Notes: generated from the sequence alone by a model not told the origin. Shown: positions 33,603 to 46,249, numbered from the whole stretch's first letter. The stretch: 61,477 bases of DNA, filler included, from Vannella sp. (GCA_023345925.1; 4 parts of 4 records of this genome joined end to end with filler, not necessarily neighbours in it), one strand, 5' to 3'. Made by a program: numbers and translations.

Positions 33603-36266
33603 ATGGCAGACGGGTTCGAGCTGGAGGACGATGAGCTCTCCCTCTTCATTGGGGCGAGTATGCGTGTTCTAGAGGAGGATCAGAGACACCAAACGAGCGG
33701 AGATAGAGATGTAGTGATGGAGGAGGAGGAAGAAGAGGAGGAGGAGGACGGGGACGACGAAATGCTTCAATTGGAGAAGCCGACGCGCTCTCGCTTCTAC
33801 AACAAGCCAAACCACCGCGCGAAGGGAAGCTCTAGCGATGAAGAGAGTTTGGAGTCGTAAGGGTTACTCGAGTGAACGGGCTATCGATCACTGAGACTGT
33901 TGTAGAAGGAAGAAACCTCGATTGGGACTTGGGCCAGAGCTAGAGCGCAAGTTGGCCAAAGCACAACGATTCTATCTCAACTCAGAGTATCCCAAAGCTA
34001 TAGAGCTCCTTCTGGAGGTCATCAGAGAGCGCCCCAACCTCAAAGTACCGTTTGTGACTCTTTCAATGATCCACGAGGAGATGGGTGACCCAGAGCGAGG
34101 GCTCTCGTATCTCCTAATCGCTGCACAAGTTCAAAACAAGGACCCAGACACCTGGGCTGAGGTCGCACTCAAATCACACAAACTGAAAAAGTACCAACAG
34201 GCAAGGACCTTTCATTCTCGGCCTTGTTCTCGCTCTGACAGGCTTTGTAGGCCATCTACTGCTACCAGAAAGCTATCGTATTCGACTCTAATGCTAAATC
34301 AGCGCAAGATTTGATCTGGAAGAAGGCAGCCGTCCAACAAGAGGCCGGCGCCTTCCGAGCTGCCCTTGTCACTCTGCAGGCTCTCCTTGACCAGAACCCT
34401 GGCGAGCCTCAAGTGACAGAGGAGATGGCCAACATCATGATGCACACTCTACGGGAAGTCCCCCGAGGAATTGAGTTGCTCCAAAAGTCACTTAATGTCT
34501 TTCTTAAGAAGCGCGGTAATTCCCTCCCCCTTCCCCTCTGAAGGCTTCACTGAACGACTGAAGAGTATGAAAAGGTGAATATGAATATTGTGAACTTGCT
34601 GGCGGAGGCGCAGATGTCCCAAGGGCAGTACGAGGAAACCATCAAATTGATTAAGAACATCAAACGCAACATTCAGCAGATCCCCATTGAGGTTCATGTG
34701 AACCACGGTATCTGTTTGGTCCATAGTGGACTTGTGGAACAGGCACGAGTACGCGCATTCTGACAATCTTTCTTCTTGAGGACTTACTGTGGGCAGCCGA
34801 TTCTTGCTACGTTGTTGAACTTCTCTGTGGATGAGTATGGGGACCTTTATCATAACGTGGGGCAGGTATACATTGAAGTGGAGCAGTTTGAAGAAGCTTT
34901 GAAGTTTCTCAGTCTCATTGAGTTCGTCCAAATGGAAGGATTGGACGCCAATGACATTCGCTGTGACTTGGCAGTCTGCTTTGAAGAGCTGGATAGTTTG
35001 TCCTTGGCAGAGGAACACTTGAAGCACTCTGCAGATCTCAATCCTGCACACGTTCGCACCTGTTTGATGTTAACTGTGCTCTGGAAACGACTTGGCCGTT
35101 TACAAGAGGCGTCAGAACTCATTAATAAGTACTTGGAAAGCACTCAGAGTGCTCCAGACATGATGATTATGATTGAAAAGGCAGATTTAGAGCTCCAGCA
35201 AGACCACTTGGAGGTTTATCTGGCCACCTTACGGTTCTACGTCTCCGAAGAATCCTCTTCTTTGACCAAAAAGAAGTTCCGGAGGATTCCTCGACTGGAG
35301 AAGCTTGTGGCAGCGGGAGAGCCATTCACAGAGGAGGTGAAGGACTACATTGCCAGTCAAGTGCTCCTGGAAGACGGCGACGACCTTTTCCACTTCTCCA
35401 TGGGAGCTTTGCGAGCCAATCCATTAACCAAAGAGGCCGATGCAGAGAAGGACAGGCAGTTGGGGGTGTTTGTGGACCACGTTATTGGCTTTGTCCGTCG
35501 TCTTGTCGACGGCAAACAATTCACTGAAGCCAAGGCCTCTTTGGAAGTCTTGGTTGATGGAATCAAAGATAGACCTTGCATGAAACAACCGCATCGCCTC
35601 TTCCGGATACGATTCTACCATACACTTTGTGCTGTGGCGGAGGGCGACTATTTGAAAGCGTTCATGATCATTCGGACTATTCTATGGAGGTTCCCGCATC
35701 TCACGACTCTCTGGAAGCTGCTGACTTTGATTATCTCGAATTGTGACGAACTGGGAGGCTTCCGAATGCTCCATTTTGTGAACGGAGTGATTCGCAAGTT
35801 TGATGGAACAGCTAGCATTCTCCCTGCTCTCATTGTGTACGGAAACGGCCTCTTAAGCGCTCGATTGTACCAAAGAGCGTTGCGTGCGTTTTACTGTGCC
35901 GTCGACATGTTTCCGGACAATCCTTTTCCTTATCTGTACGTGGGCATGGCTTGCATCTCTATAATGACTCATTTGAGAGCTCCTAACCGCCATCAAATGG
36001 TTCTCCTTGCCTTTGGCTTCCTCTTCAAGTACCACCGGCTCCGCACGAACAAACTCGAGGCGGATTTCAATCTGGCTCGCGCTTTCCACCAGCTTGCGCT
36101 GTACCACCACGCGATTCCTTTCTATGAAAGGGTGTTGGAAGGTCCTCTGGTGAGCCCCTCGCGCAACTACAAGTCCCTGGCCGCGTACAATCTTTCCCTC
36201 ATTTACTCTCGAACCGGCGCCCAGCCCTTGGCCCAGCAGCTTATTGACCGTTTCCTCTGCTTTTGA
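33603..36266 (+). CDS. TFIIIC TPR subunit (Tfc4/GTF3C3-like)
   Basis: Acidic N-terminus, TPR arrays and the C-terminal signature NRHQMVLLAFGFL...EADFNLARAFHQL..HHAIPFYERVL...AAYNLSLIY. One intron is GC-AG. Confidence 0.88.
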
Positions 36267-36328
36267 GGGTGCTGGTGTCATAGAGAAGCATCAATGAAAG
36301 GGTTTGGAGCTTCCGCACTCATTTTTTC

Positions 36329-39313
36329 ATGGAAACGGGCAAACGGAAGGCGGAGGATCCTTCGGATGGGCCTCCTGCTAAGAAGGTGAAGGTGGAGGCG
36401 GACGGAATGGATGAGGCAAGGACTAGAGGAAGGGGGAAGGTGTTGGATCTAACTGGGGCACCAGGAGGGGAACCCTGTCGTCGCCTACCAGAAGAAGCAG
36501 ATGAGTTTGCGGATTAAGGAGCTGAACCGCGACTTGGCGACAGCTCGAGAGGTACACGAACGATACGAGACAGAGAGAGAGGCTTTCCATGATCAGGCAG
36601 CCGTTATGGATCGCCACTGGACGCAGGTGCGCCTCGCAAAGTCTTTTGAAGGGAAACGCTGACAAAGAGCGGGTTTAGTTGAACAACGCGCTGACGTTCA
36701 TGTTCGAACGTCTCCCAGAACACATAGAACCACTAGAAGAGGGCGAGGAAGCCGAGAACTTTGCTGAAAAGCTCCAAAGTGCGATGAAAGGCATCGCCCC
36801 CTCGCTCATGGAGAGCTGCTTGCGCTCCAAGACTCTGCGTCTCTCCAAATCTACACAAGGGGAGAGTACCAACCTGGAAGAGTTTGCAGCGTGGACACGC
36901 ACGCTGGCAGGGCGATTGGCGAACGCCATCACCGCGCAAGAGCTCCGCCTTCAAGGGCTCCACGAGCAGCTCCGCTCTGCAGCTCCTGAGAGTGCTATGT
37001 CACAGGAGAATGGCATGCTCAATGAACAGATCCAGGCCTTGCGAAGGCAGCTAGAAGAGGCACAAGTTCACCTCGCGGAGAAGGAAAAGGAGGCAAAGGA
37101 CCAGAAGAGCTTCGCTACTAGCGCCAGAGATAAGCTCATAGGAGTAGTTCTTGAGAGAGATCAGTTGGAGGCCAAGCTAGCCTTAGCAGAGCGAAAGCTG
37201 GACAAACTGGGGTCTTCCTTGACCGCCACCGCCCCTTCCGCTGCCATGTGAGTAGCAACGCGAGTAGTTGAGTGCCCTACTAACAGATAGAGATAGCTTG
37301 CATGTTCAGAAAGCAGAGGCTGTCGCGAAGGGCCCCTCTGCATCCCCTAAAGTGCGTTTCAAGAAGGCGGCGGCACAAAAGAGCAACTCAGACCTCTCTG
37401 GCGCCAAGGAGGAGAGTGATCAGCTGCGTAGCAAGTTACAGAAAGCAGAGTCCATCGCTGAGAGTCGCTTAACAGAGATTAAGGAGTACGGGGAGCAGCG
37501 AGAAGCTCTCTTAAGAGAGTTAATGTCCCTTCGTCGAGATCGGGAGGCCATGACAGAGGACCGCATCCTCAACTCGCAGCATTACTTGATGCTGCGTAAC
37601 TCCTGCCAGTCTTTGCAGACGGAGATGAAGGTGGTACAGGAGTCTCTCAGTAATAAGCTCAAGTTGTCCAACGACGCTTTGGTCAATGCTCAGTCAGAGC
37701 TTCAGATTGTCCGTCAGGCTCAAGCAGACCACGCTGCTGCCTCTAAGGAAGAGATTGCACACTACCAGGCCCAGTTGATGGCTCTACAGAAGGAGTTGAA
37801 TCGAAGTCAGGCTTCTTTGGCGGATTCCAAAGCGCCTGAGGATAAGGAAGCAGGGTGGAGCAAGCTAGCTACCACGCAGCAGTCTCAATTGACCGCTCTC
37901 AGACAGAGCGTTGACTCTCTTCGCACAGAGAGTTCGGCCTCCAAGTCTTCAGTCAGTGATTTACAAGGCAAAGTCGCCGCTCTGACCGCTCAGATCACTG
38001 AGAAGGAGCACCAGTTCACTAAGATTGAGAAAGAGTATCAAACTCTGACAGAGTGAGACTTCCTTTACTGGGAATGGGAATGCATCTTCGCAACTGACTT
38101 GGAATAGGAGTATTTCACTGTCTGAAGGTGCAGAGAAGGCCACTCTTCAGCAGCAACTTGTGGTCCTGTCACAACACTTTGCTGAGCTTCAAGAGAAAGT
38201 TGCGGGAGACGGTGTCACTCCAGTGGTTCGTTCAATTCTGGTCAAAGGGAGCTTCGGTCTCACTGTTGAACAGGATTGCGAGGAGCTTTTCAAGAGAATG
38301 AAGGCTATGGAGGAAATGTCCTCTCAAGTGGAACTCCTCACCAAGCAATTAGAGCACAAACAAAAGGAACTGGACGAAATGAAAGCCTCCCTCGAAGCTC
38401 AAAAGGAGGAAAGTGATGCCTATTTAGGTGAAATCGACGACATCAGCAAAGAGCTTGACCAAGTACAAGAGCAAAATACCCGCCTTGTTGAGAAAGTCTC
38501 TGACAAAGACACAAACAACCAACGCTTGATGAAAGAGGTTTGATTGGCCCTCACTGAGTAACCAAGTCTGACTTAAGTGTATCAATTAGTGCATCGCATT
38601 GAAATCAGCAAAAGTGCTGTTAACAGAGAAAGTGTCTGTTCTTCAGGCTGAGTTGGAGCAAGCTCAGCAACGAAATAGGAAGCAAGATGAGCTATATCAG
38701 GTTGAAGTAGATCTTGTCCGCAACCTCCGAGAGCAAATTGTAAGTTCCTGAGAGACTTGTCTCTACAACCTTCAGTAACTGGTTGGGAAAGAAATCGCTG
38801 CAACGGGAGGTCAACTTAAAGGCCACTCAATTAGATATGCAACAAAAGAAGCTCAACGAGACCATGGAGAAGAACAGCGAATTGCTCGTTCAATTGACTT
38901 CTGCCAAAAGCCGATTGGACGAAATGGTGATGAACGACGAGTCCATTATCAGCTACAACCAAGAAGCGCTCAACAACAAGCGCCTTCAAGAGAAGAATCT
39001 CGCTCTCAAGAAAAAGCTGGATCGAGTCCGCTCTGATTCCATCTTAGAGGAAGAACTTCGAGTGGCCAAGGTGAGTTCAATCTTCCCTTCCGGATACTGC
39101 AGCACACAACTCACCTTTGAATAGTCCTTATTGACTTGTCCAGTGTGCAACGAAAGACAAAAGAGTGCGGTGATAGCCAAGTGCTATCACGTGTTCTGCA
39201 AAGAATGCATCCAACGCAGAGTCACCACTCGGTCCCGCAAGTGTCCGGGCTGTTCCAAACCATTTTCAGAGACGGATGTCCACGACATTTATCTCAACTT
39301 TAGCCCCAACTAA
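36329..39313 (+). CDS. BRE1: Histone H2B E3 ubiquitin ligase Bre1
   Basis: Long coiled coil, EIDDISKEL..QEQNTRL, and C-terminal RING CPVC...KCYHVFCKECI...RSRKCPGC. About 8 introns. Confidence 0.88.
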
Positions 39314-39953
39314 ACAGCTTCCCTTCTCTCTCATAGAAACGGGTAAACCCTTCTGCCCTCTCAACTGGAGACATTCTTCTATCAACCGCAGCAAAGACTT
39401 TGACATCTCAATGTGCCTGGAAGTGTGTTGAGTTCCCAATATTGCAAAGGAAGGGCTCATCCTTCCTTTGGATGAGCGAGAGTCCTCAGTAGGAAAGCTT
39501 GGCAAGACAAAATCACTCCATGAAGAATCAGTGAAGGAGATTGGGGCGACGGAGGCCATCCACAGGGGAGAGGGAATCCCAGTTCTACTGAACAAGTCGC
39601 TAGTGATCCCGCGAAGATAAGTAGAGCACAGGTACAGTCGCTGCATTAACCATCCGCAGAGCCAAATGAATGTCTAACAAGCTGCCAATGACCCGTGACC
39701 CCCAGCTCTTCTTGGCCAGTTATAGCGTAAGAATGTCCTTGCTTATGGTCCGGAATGGACTCTTCTTTTCTCTATCTCTCAGAGATTCTGACTAATGATT
39801 GTATAAGTTTAGAGTCTTTCAGCGCTGTGAGTGTGGAAAGGTAAGCCATCAACTCAAGGGCCTTCAAGTTCATCTTCTGTTGAAGGGGTTTGATTGACTC
39901 TTTGTCACAGAAGAGTAGATTTTCATATTATTGGTTAAGTACTTCCTTGACTC

Positions 39954-42900
39954 CTAATCATCCTCAAGCATATATGTCCCAGCAAGAGACTCTTCTGAGA
40001 CGCAGCAAATGGGAGGTGGAGGAGGAGGATTCACTAAACACCAAAATCGATCAGTCAGAAGGAAATAGCAAAAGCTGAACCTATTCTTACCGACTCCGGC
40101 AAGCTCTTCTAAGATGGGAAGTATCTCTTGGAAGGTAGGCCTGTCGTGGTAATCATTGGCCCAGCATCGTTGCATTAACTGGATGTAGACTGGATCCCAT
40201 TCTGACGTGTCATCGAGCGAAGGGCGCATGTTATCGTGAATGACTTTCTCAGCGACCCAACGAGGATTCATCTTCTTGAACGGACGGTGGCGTGTGTACA
40301 TCTCCCACATGATAAGGCTGAAACTATAAACATCTGCTTTCTCACTAATATGATTGTCCTGCAGCACTTCAGCCGCAGCAATGGTCACATCAAAAGGAGA
40401 GTTGGCCTTCCCATAGCTGTATGTGCTATCTTTGTACCTACTAAGTCCCAAATCGGACACCTTGGCCATCCAATGATCGTCAATCTATCTAATGTGAGGC
40501 TCAGGTTAATAAATGGAGCTTTCTCTCCTTACCAAGACATTGTCTGACTTGAGATCTCGGTGAATAATGGGTGGTTGCTGAGCGTGCAAGTATTTGATGC
40601 CACGCGCAATGTCAATTAGTATTGAAAGGCGCAGGCTTTGCGTGATTATGATGGTTTTGTCAAGGAGAACCTTTTCTAGACTCCCACGAGAGACGTATTC
40701 AAGGACTATGTAGTAATTTGGTGCCTTTGTGCAGGCGCAGTAGAACATAACAATGTTGGGGTGCCGCAGTTTGCTGTTCTCCATTCAGTTAGTGTCTTGG
40801 ACAAAGAGATAACTTACTGAAGCAGTTCGACCTCCATAACCCATTTCTCAATGCCATCAGAGGGTTGAGAAACTTCTTTGATTGCCACTTCAAAGCGATT
40901 CCATGTTCCACGATAAACACTGCCGTAGAACCCCTTTCCCAGGTAATCGAGAAACCGTATCTCTGAAGCATCTATCAGATAGCTGCACCCTCCTATTCCA
41001 TCAACAGATCCCCTTTGCCGGGGAGCGGTATCGATCTTAGTTGGAAGAGGGGCAACGGGAGAAGAGTGACTTAAACTGTCTCGCTCCTGCTGCAATCGTG
41101 ATATGGCGGAGATTAGCTTTCGACGACTACCGGCTTTGATGCCCATTTCAGTAAGATCGTTATTCGTGATCTCAAGGAGTGAATCCCAGTCCCATTCCTC
41201 TGCCAAGAACACATCGATGTACTTGGAAAGGCCCAAGTCCTGTAATAGGTTGACAAGGCGGTGTTCTGATACACTTGGGAGCTCTCCAAGAGACTGAGTC
41301 AGCAGAGTGTAGTCTGTCGGATTGGCCCGAGTAGCCATGCTTTCAGTGGCACTACTCTGGTGTAACAGTGAGTATCGGGCTCTTTGGTCAGGCATGTTTT
41401 GGTAGGGTGGATTTCCAGAGGTATTGCTCATTGGTGAAGATCTGAGAGCCTCTTTACCATCTTCCATTGGATTAATACTGCATAATTCAGAGTATGGCGA
41501 ATCACCCTGAGATCCTGAAAAGAAAGGAGATGGCACCACATAGTCTTCAGATTCCTCACTTTCCTCTGATTCAAGCGTTGGGGCTTCACGTTTTGTTAAG
41601 GTGCTCTGCTGATTGAGAGGCGGAGGATAAATAGGAGTGCGATCCGCGTCTTCAAGGGCAGGAAGAGCTGCATCCACACCTGCTTGGGAGTGCTGGAGAG
41701 ATTCTAAGAACTGTTGACGAGGATTTTTGGTTTCGTGATGATGAAGCTTGGCAGAGAGGAAACGTGCCACCTTCCGGATGATAGGCCGAGCCGAAAGACG
41801 ACTTACTAGCACTGGGCAGACAATATTGTTATCCTCATGGAAAAAGCAACCGTTCACAGAGGGCCTTTTTGATAGCCCCGCTTCTGCAAAAGCTTCAGCG
41901 CCATCGAAAATATAAATATACTGTTTGGTGCCTCCTGTTTGTCCCAGTTGTTCGACGATTCCAGACTTCTCCTCGTCATTTCGGGCTTCCAATACTTGGA
42001 ACTTTTGTCCGTGATTGTGCCCGTGGTTTTGGTTGGAGTGGCGCTTCTTCCCCACCTCGCGCTCGGGCTCAACAAGGCAAAACTCTTCTTGGTCAATGTA
42101 GATCTCCCGAACCCGCAACACTCGTTTGATTTCAAAGTCGTCTGTAAGCTCGTGAGGAGTCCTTCCTTTGCAATTCACTACGTCAGGGTTGGCATTGAAC
42201 TCCAGGAGTGTTTGAACAAGCGAGAGAGTCCCACGTTTTGCTGCTGTGTGAAGTGAGGAGTTCCCTTTCGCATCCTGCATGTTCACATCTGCTCCCTATG
42301 TATAGAGTGAGCCTATAGTACCAATGGTGCACTCTGCTGCGTACATGATCGAGGAGGAACTCGGCAACCCGAAGGTGATTTCCTGCACATGCCAAGTGGA
42401 GCGGCGTCTGACCGTCAAGTCGAGAGCTCACATGCACATTGGCCTTGTACTTGATGAGGAGCTGTGCAACAGCCTCCTTTCCCCGAGATGCAGCGAGGTG
42501 CAGGGGAGTAGAGCCTCCCAGTTCCCTTGTATTAGGATTTGCGTGCTCACGTAGCAGTAGCTTGCATATCTTCTTGTAACCATTGGATGAACACCAATGT
42601 AGAGCTGTACACAAGGGTGAGGAAGTAGCCTTGGCAGTGAAGGAAGTACAAACCCGTTGTCCCTCCTACGTCTTGGCAGTCCACCGCCGCTCTATGCTTC
42701 AGCAGCATAGCTACAATATCAAAAGACCCGTGAATGGAGGCTATGTGAAGGGGGGAAGAGGCAGACTGGTTGACTGCGTTAACATCTGCTTGGTTGTCAA
42801 GGAGCTGTCGAACGAGGCTGCTGTGACCATGTTCGACACAATGGTGAAGTGGGGAGTTACCCCACTCGTCTGCACAGTTCAGAGAGAGCCCTTCCCGTAA

Positions 42901-43065
42901 CAGGCGCATCAGCATTTGAGCATCTCCTGAGATCGCCGCCGACTTTAACAGATCCTCCGCAGACACTTTCCCAGCAGGCTGGCTAGTACCTGGACTGGAC
43001 ATGTCTGCCTGTGGTCCAGGGGAACCTTGCCTGTGCAACAAGGCATGCAGTCCCGTTGAACTCAT
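39954..43065 (-). CDS. Ankyrin repeat + SAM domain + tyrosine-kinase-like (TKL) protein kinase
   Basis: About 7 ankyrin repeats (GNSPLH, TPLHLA), a SAM domain (LLQDLGLSKYIDVF...MGIKAGSRRKLI), and kinase motifs GKGFYG, VAIK, HRDLKSDN, DLG and DVYSF. Confidence 0.88.
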
Positions 43066-43088
43066 CAGACGAGGAACAAAATGACTCT

Positions 43089-43106
43089 CCTAAACCCTAA
43101 ACCCTA
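43089..43106. repeat. About 2.5 copies of CCCTAAA (telo-box-like)
   Basis: CCTAAACCCTAAACCCTA, 24 nt upstream of the kinase ATG. Confidence 0.6.
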
Positions 43107-43428
43107 TAAGACTCAAAATGCACTATTAACCGCATCAATCAACGGGAACCAGGAAATCGTGAAGGATTGTAGAACAAGATTTATTATCCACTAACCGTTT
43201 GGACCAGAATCTTCTTCTGGAAGACGAAAGGGATTGCTGAGTCCGTTGACGCTTTGGAGGACTGGAGTGGAGGTTCCACTTCTTTCAGGTGATCCACTGA
43301 ACGAGAAGCTATCGGGAGTGAGAAGAACCTTTGATGAGTGCTCGCTGTGCAGTTCACTTGCTTGGTTTTGGGAGTGCACAGTAATAACGGACACACAGGG
43401 AATTAATGGAGGATTGAATTATGAGTGC

Positions 43429-46148
43429 CTATTCGGTGTTGGCAGGTAGGACGAGAATGGGTACAATAGGAGTAAAAGAGGAGTGGAAAGAAAGTAGATT
43501 AATGGCGTAAGAAAGCCGCACGCCTTTACGTCTAGCAAGAATGTCAGCGAGATGACCCAAGAAGAAGTCACTTTTCTTGTTGTGGCGAAGTGCCATGGTG
43601 CGAGGTTTGACGCTTTGATTGGCACCATAGTTGTGACTCTCAGCGATGAGGGTGATGTCAAAGTCGTCTCGAAGCCAAAAGTCAGTGCGATGGAGATCAG
43701 CCTCATCTTCAATATAGAGCAGAGATTGGCCTGAGCCAATCGTTCTTCGAATCATGACCAAGGCACGGAGGTCTCCTTCTTGGCAATCCTCTGGAACAGA
43801 TTTGACAGGCTCTTCCGTGACGGGTTGGTAGAAAAAAGGGGTTTCCTCCGCTTCAAGCTGTGCTTTGGCCTCATCATCAAGTGCCACAATGACGTAAGAT
43901 CGATTCATGGATGACGCAGTTTCAATCCATTTCCACACAACTTCCATATCTCTACCAGAAGCGGTCCTCATCAAAGCCATGGAAGTGTTCCATTGCGGCG
44001 GCAGAGTGACTGATTTGTGAACATTTTCGTAATTCCATTCAGGGACGCCAGCAATGCCGTGCAAAAGTCCAACAGAATAACGATACGTGCTGAACCAGGT
44101 TGAGGTGCATTCGTACTGGTCCCAATCAGAATCGCCGCGGGCATGAAGGAAATTGGAGATGGACAGGCATCCTTGCTCCAAAGCAATGGTCAAGTACTGG
44201 TGACCCAGTGCGTCAAATTCATAGCGTGGGCTGTGGGGTGTGTTGATCACAAAAGTGTCTGGAAGTAAAGGACTTCGTTCTTCACCATAAACCATACCCA
44301 TCCAATCGTCCATGTACCAATTGGGGAACACAAAGGGATACATCGGATCGAAGATCTGCATGTGAGTCCTGTGGACGAACGCCTGGGTTATCAAATTGGG
44401 GACGTAGTCTTCATGGTCTCGAGGTCCTGTCATTCCCAATTTGTCTGCTGGGAGTCCCTCAATGGACTTGGTTACCCAATTGTCCGTCCTGGTTAGGACG
44501 TCATCGTTCACTTGCCAAATGTACTCGTATCTGTCCAAATCAGTGATCCATTTTTGAAAGAGGAAAGTCACCTACCCATCGTGGTAGGCAAGGTTGCCTA
44601 AGATACTCCAAGAGCGGGCAGGAGCGTGGCCAGTATCGCCAGTGCACACCCAAAACATCTCCAAAGGAAATCCAGAGGGAATAATGCTGAGGATATGTGC
44701 GTGCAAAGCGGCAATGTTCTCTTCGTTATCGTAGTAAACATCACCGCTATCAAATCCGACATAAACTCCCAAATAGTAAGGTTTGTGAAATTCAGGATTC
44801 CCTAAAGTTGCAAAGATTGAGGAAAGAAGAATTTTGATCAAGTCAATCTCGTAATTGACCTCAGCAAACTCTTGATTCACCTTGCTGGCGCATATCAAAG
44901 CAATCCCAATCTTTTCAGGATGAGCGAACTCGCCGGGAGCCTCAAATTTGTGGGGCTCGCCGGGCCTGTTGACGACAATCCTTTGATAAGTATGGCGCTG
45001 AATCAGTTTTGGAGCATTGAATTTCTGCGCTGTCTCTAATCTGCGATAGTCAGGCGCGTAGTAGGGCTGCATGACCACGTCAGACAGGAAAGAGTCCAAC
45101 CGGATCTCTTCTTTTTGTTGAATTGGTTTGATTGTGACCATCAAGATCTCCCCAGTTCTCTCGTTGTGGGTCAGAACAGTGTTGGCTTGGGAGGGTTTGG
45201 GAGAGTTTGTGATAATATTGGAGCCAATAATATCGGGGAGATCCCTCCTGAACCAAGAAAGTCCTGGGACAATGACCCTTCTCTTTCTGAGCCCCTCTCC
45301 CACACTGACGCTTCGGAACATAGCCATATGGTAAGCCCTCAAGAACTTTTCGAAAGGAATCCGGTCCTTAACGCAAGTCAGATGCGAGAAAGAGGGAGGC
45401 CAAGGCGACCGGATTGGGTCAGATTGGTGGCTTTACCTTGAACAGTCCATTCCAAGAGGCGAAAGCTCTCTCTGCTCCCAAGTTTGTGAGAGTCACCAAC
45501 CCTGTCCAAGTCCTGCGCGTCAGAAGGGTCCAGTGGAAAGAGGAAAGGCACACATTCGAGATCTGATCCAGGAAGTGTGTGGATGTCTGGTTCAGGCCAG
45601 CTGGGAAAGTCTGACAATGGATCTTGAAGGTCCAGATTGGAGAAAAGAGGCTCTGATCCATATTAAGGCCAATCTGGGACATGAAGTGACTTACCAGCCC
45701 AGAGAGGACGTTGAAGGGGCGTTATTGCTGCAAGTTGGACGATGAGATAAGCAAGAAGACCGTTCAGATCGTGAGAAGCAAGCTGGAAGGGCTGAGGGAC
45801 GGGTGATTCGCCGAACAGAGTGGAAAGCTCCCGAAACAAGAAGGAAGCGGGCGCATCCTCCTCAGTTTGGAGGTCCTGAGGATGATAAAGGAAAGATGAT
45901 GGATCCCATTGGTCGGTTTTGGAGAAGGAAGGGCTGATCTTGTGATAAAGAGGAAAGTTCTGCTTCGCCTTCACACTGGGCACTTTCCAGCCCTGCGGGA
46001 GTCTTTCCCCCAGCCCATCTGGGAGCTCTGAAAGATCAAGCAACACAGTCTCCACATCCAAGCTGTCCTGAACGATCACAGGTGATGAGTGGGCCAAGAA
46101 AGCCATCTGAACGGCAAACAACCCAATCGCCCACCACCAGGAGACCAT
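43429..46148 (-). CDS. Signal-peptide multidomain protein: degenerate SET-like + GT-A glycosyltransferase + GT77-like domain
   Basis: Four GT-AG introns (near 45645-45693, 45503-45552, 45367-45436 and 44531-44575) join the ORFs into one frame of about 830 aa. Domain motifs are described in the findings. Confidence 0.7.
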
Positions 46149-46249
46149 AAATAATGATCAAAAGTGATAAATGAAGCATCCTATGGTAATTGGGGCTGAA
46201 GTGGAGGGGTCAAAGTGGGAGGGGAAATGTCATTCCTCTGGCGGGCTGA

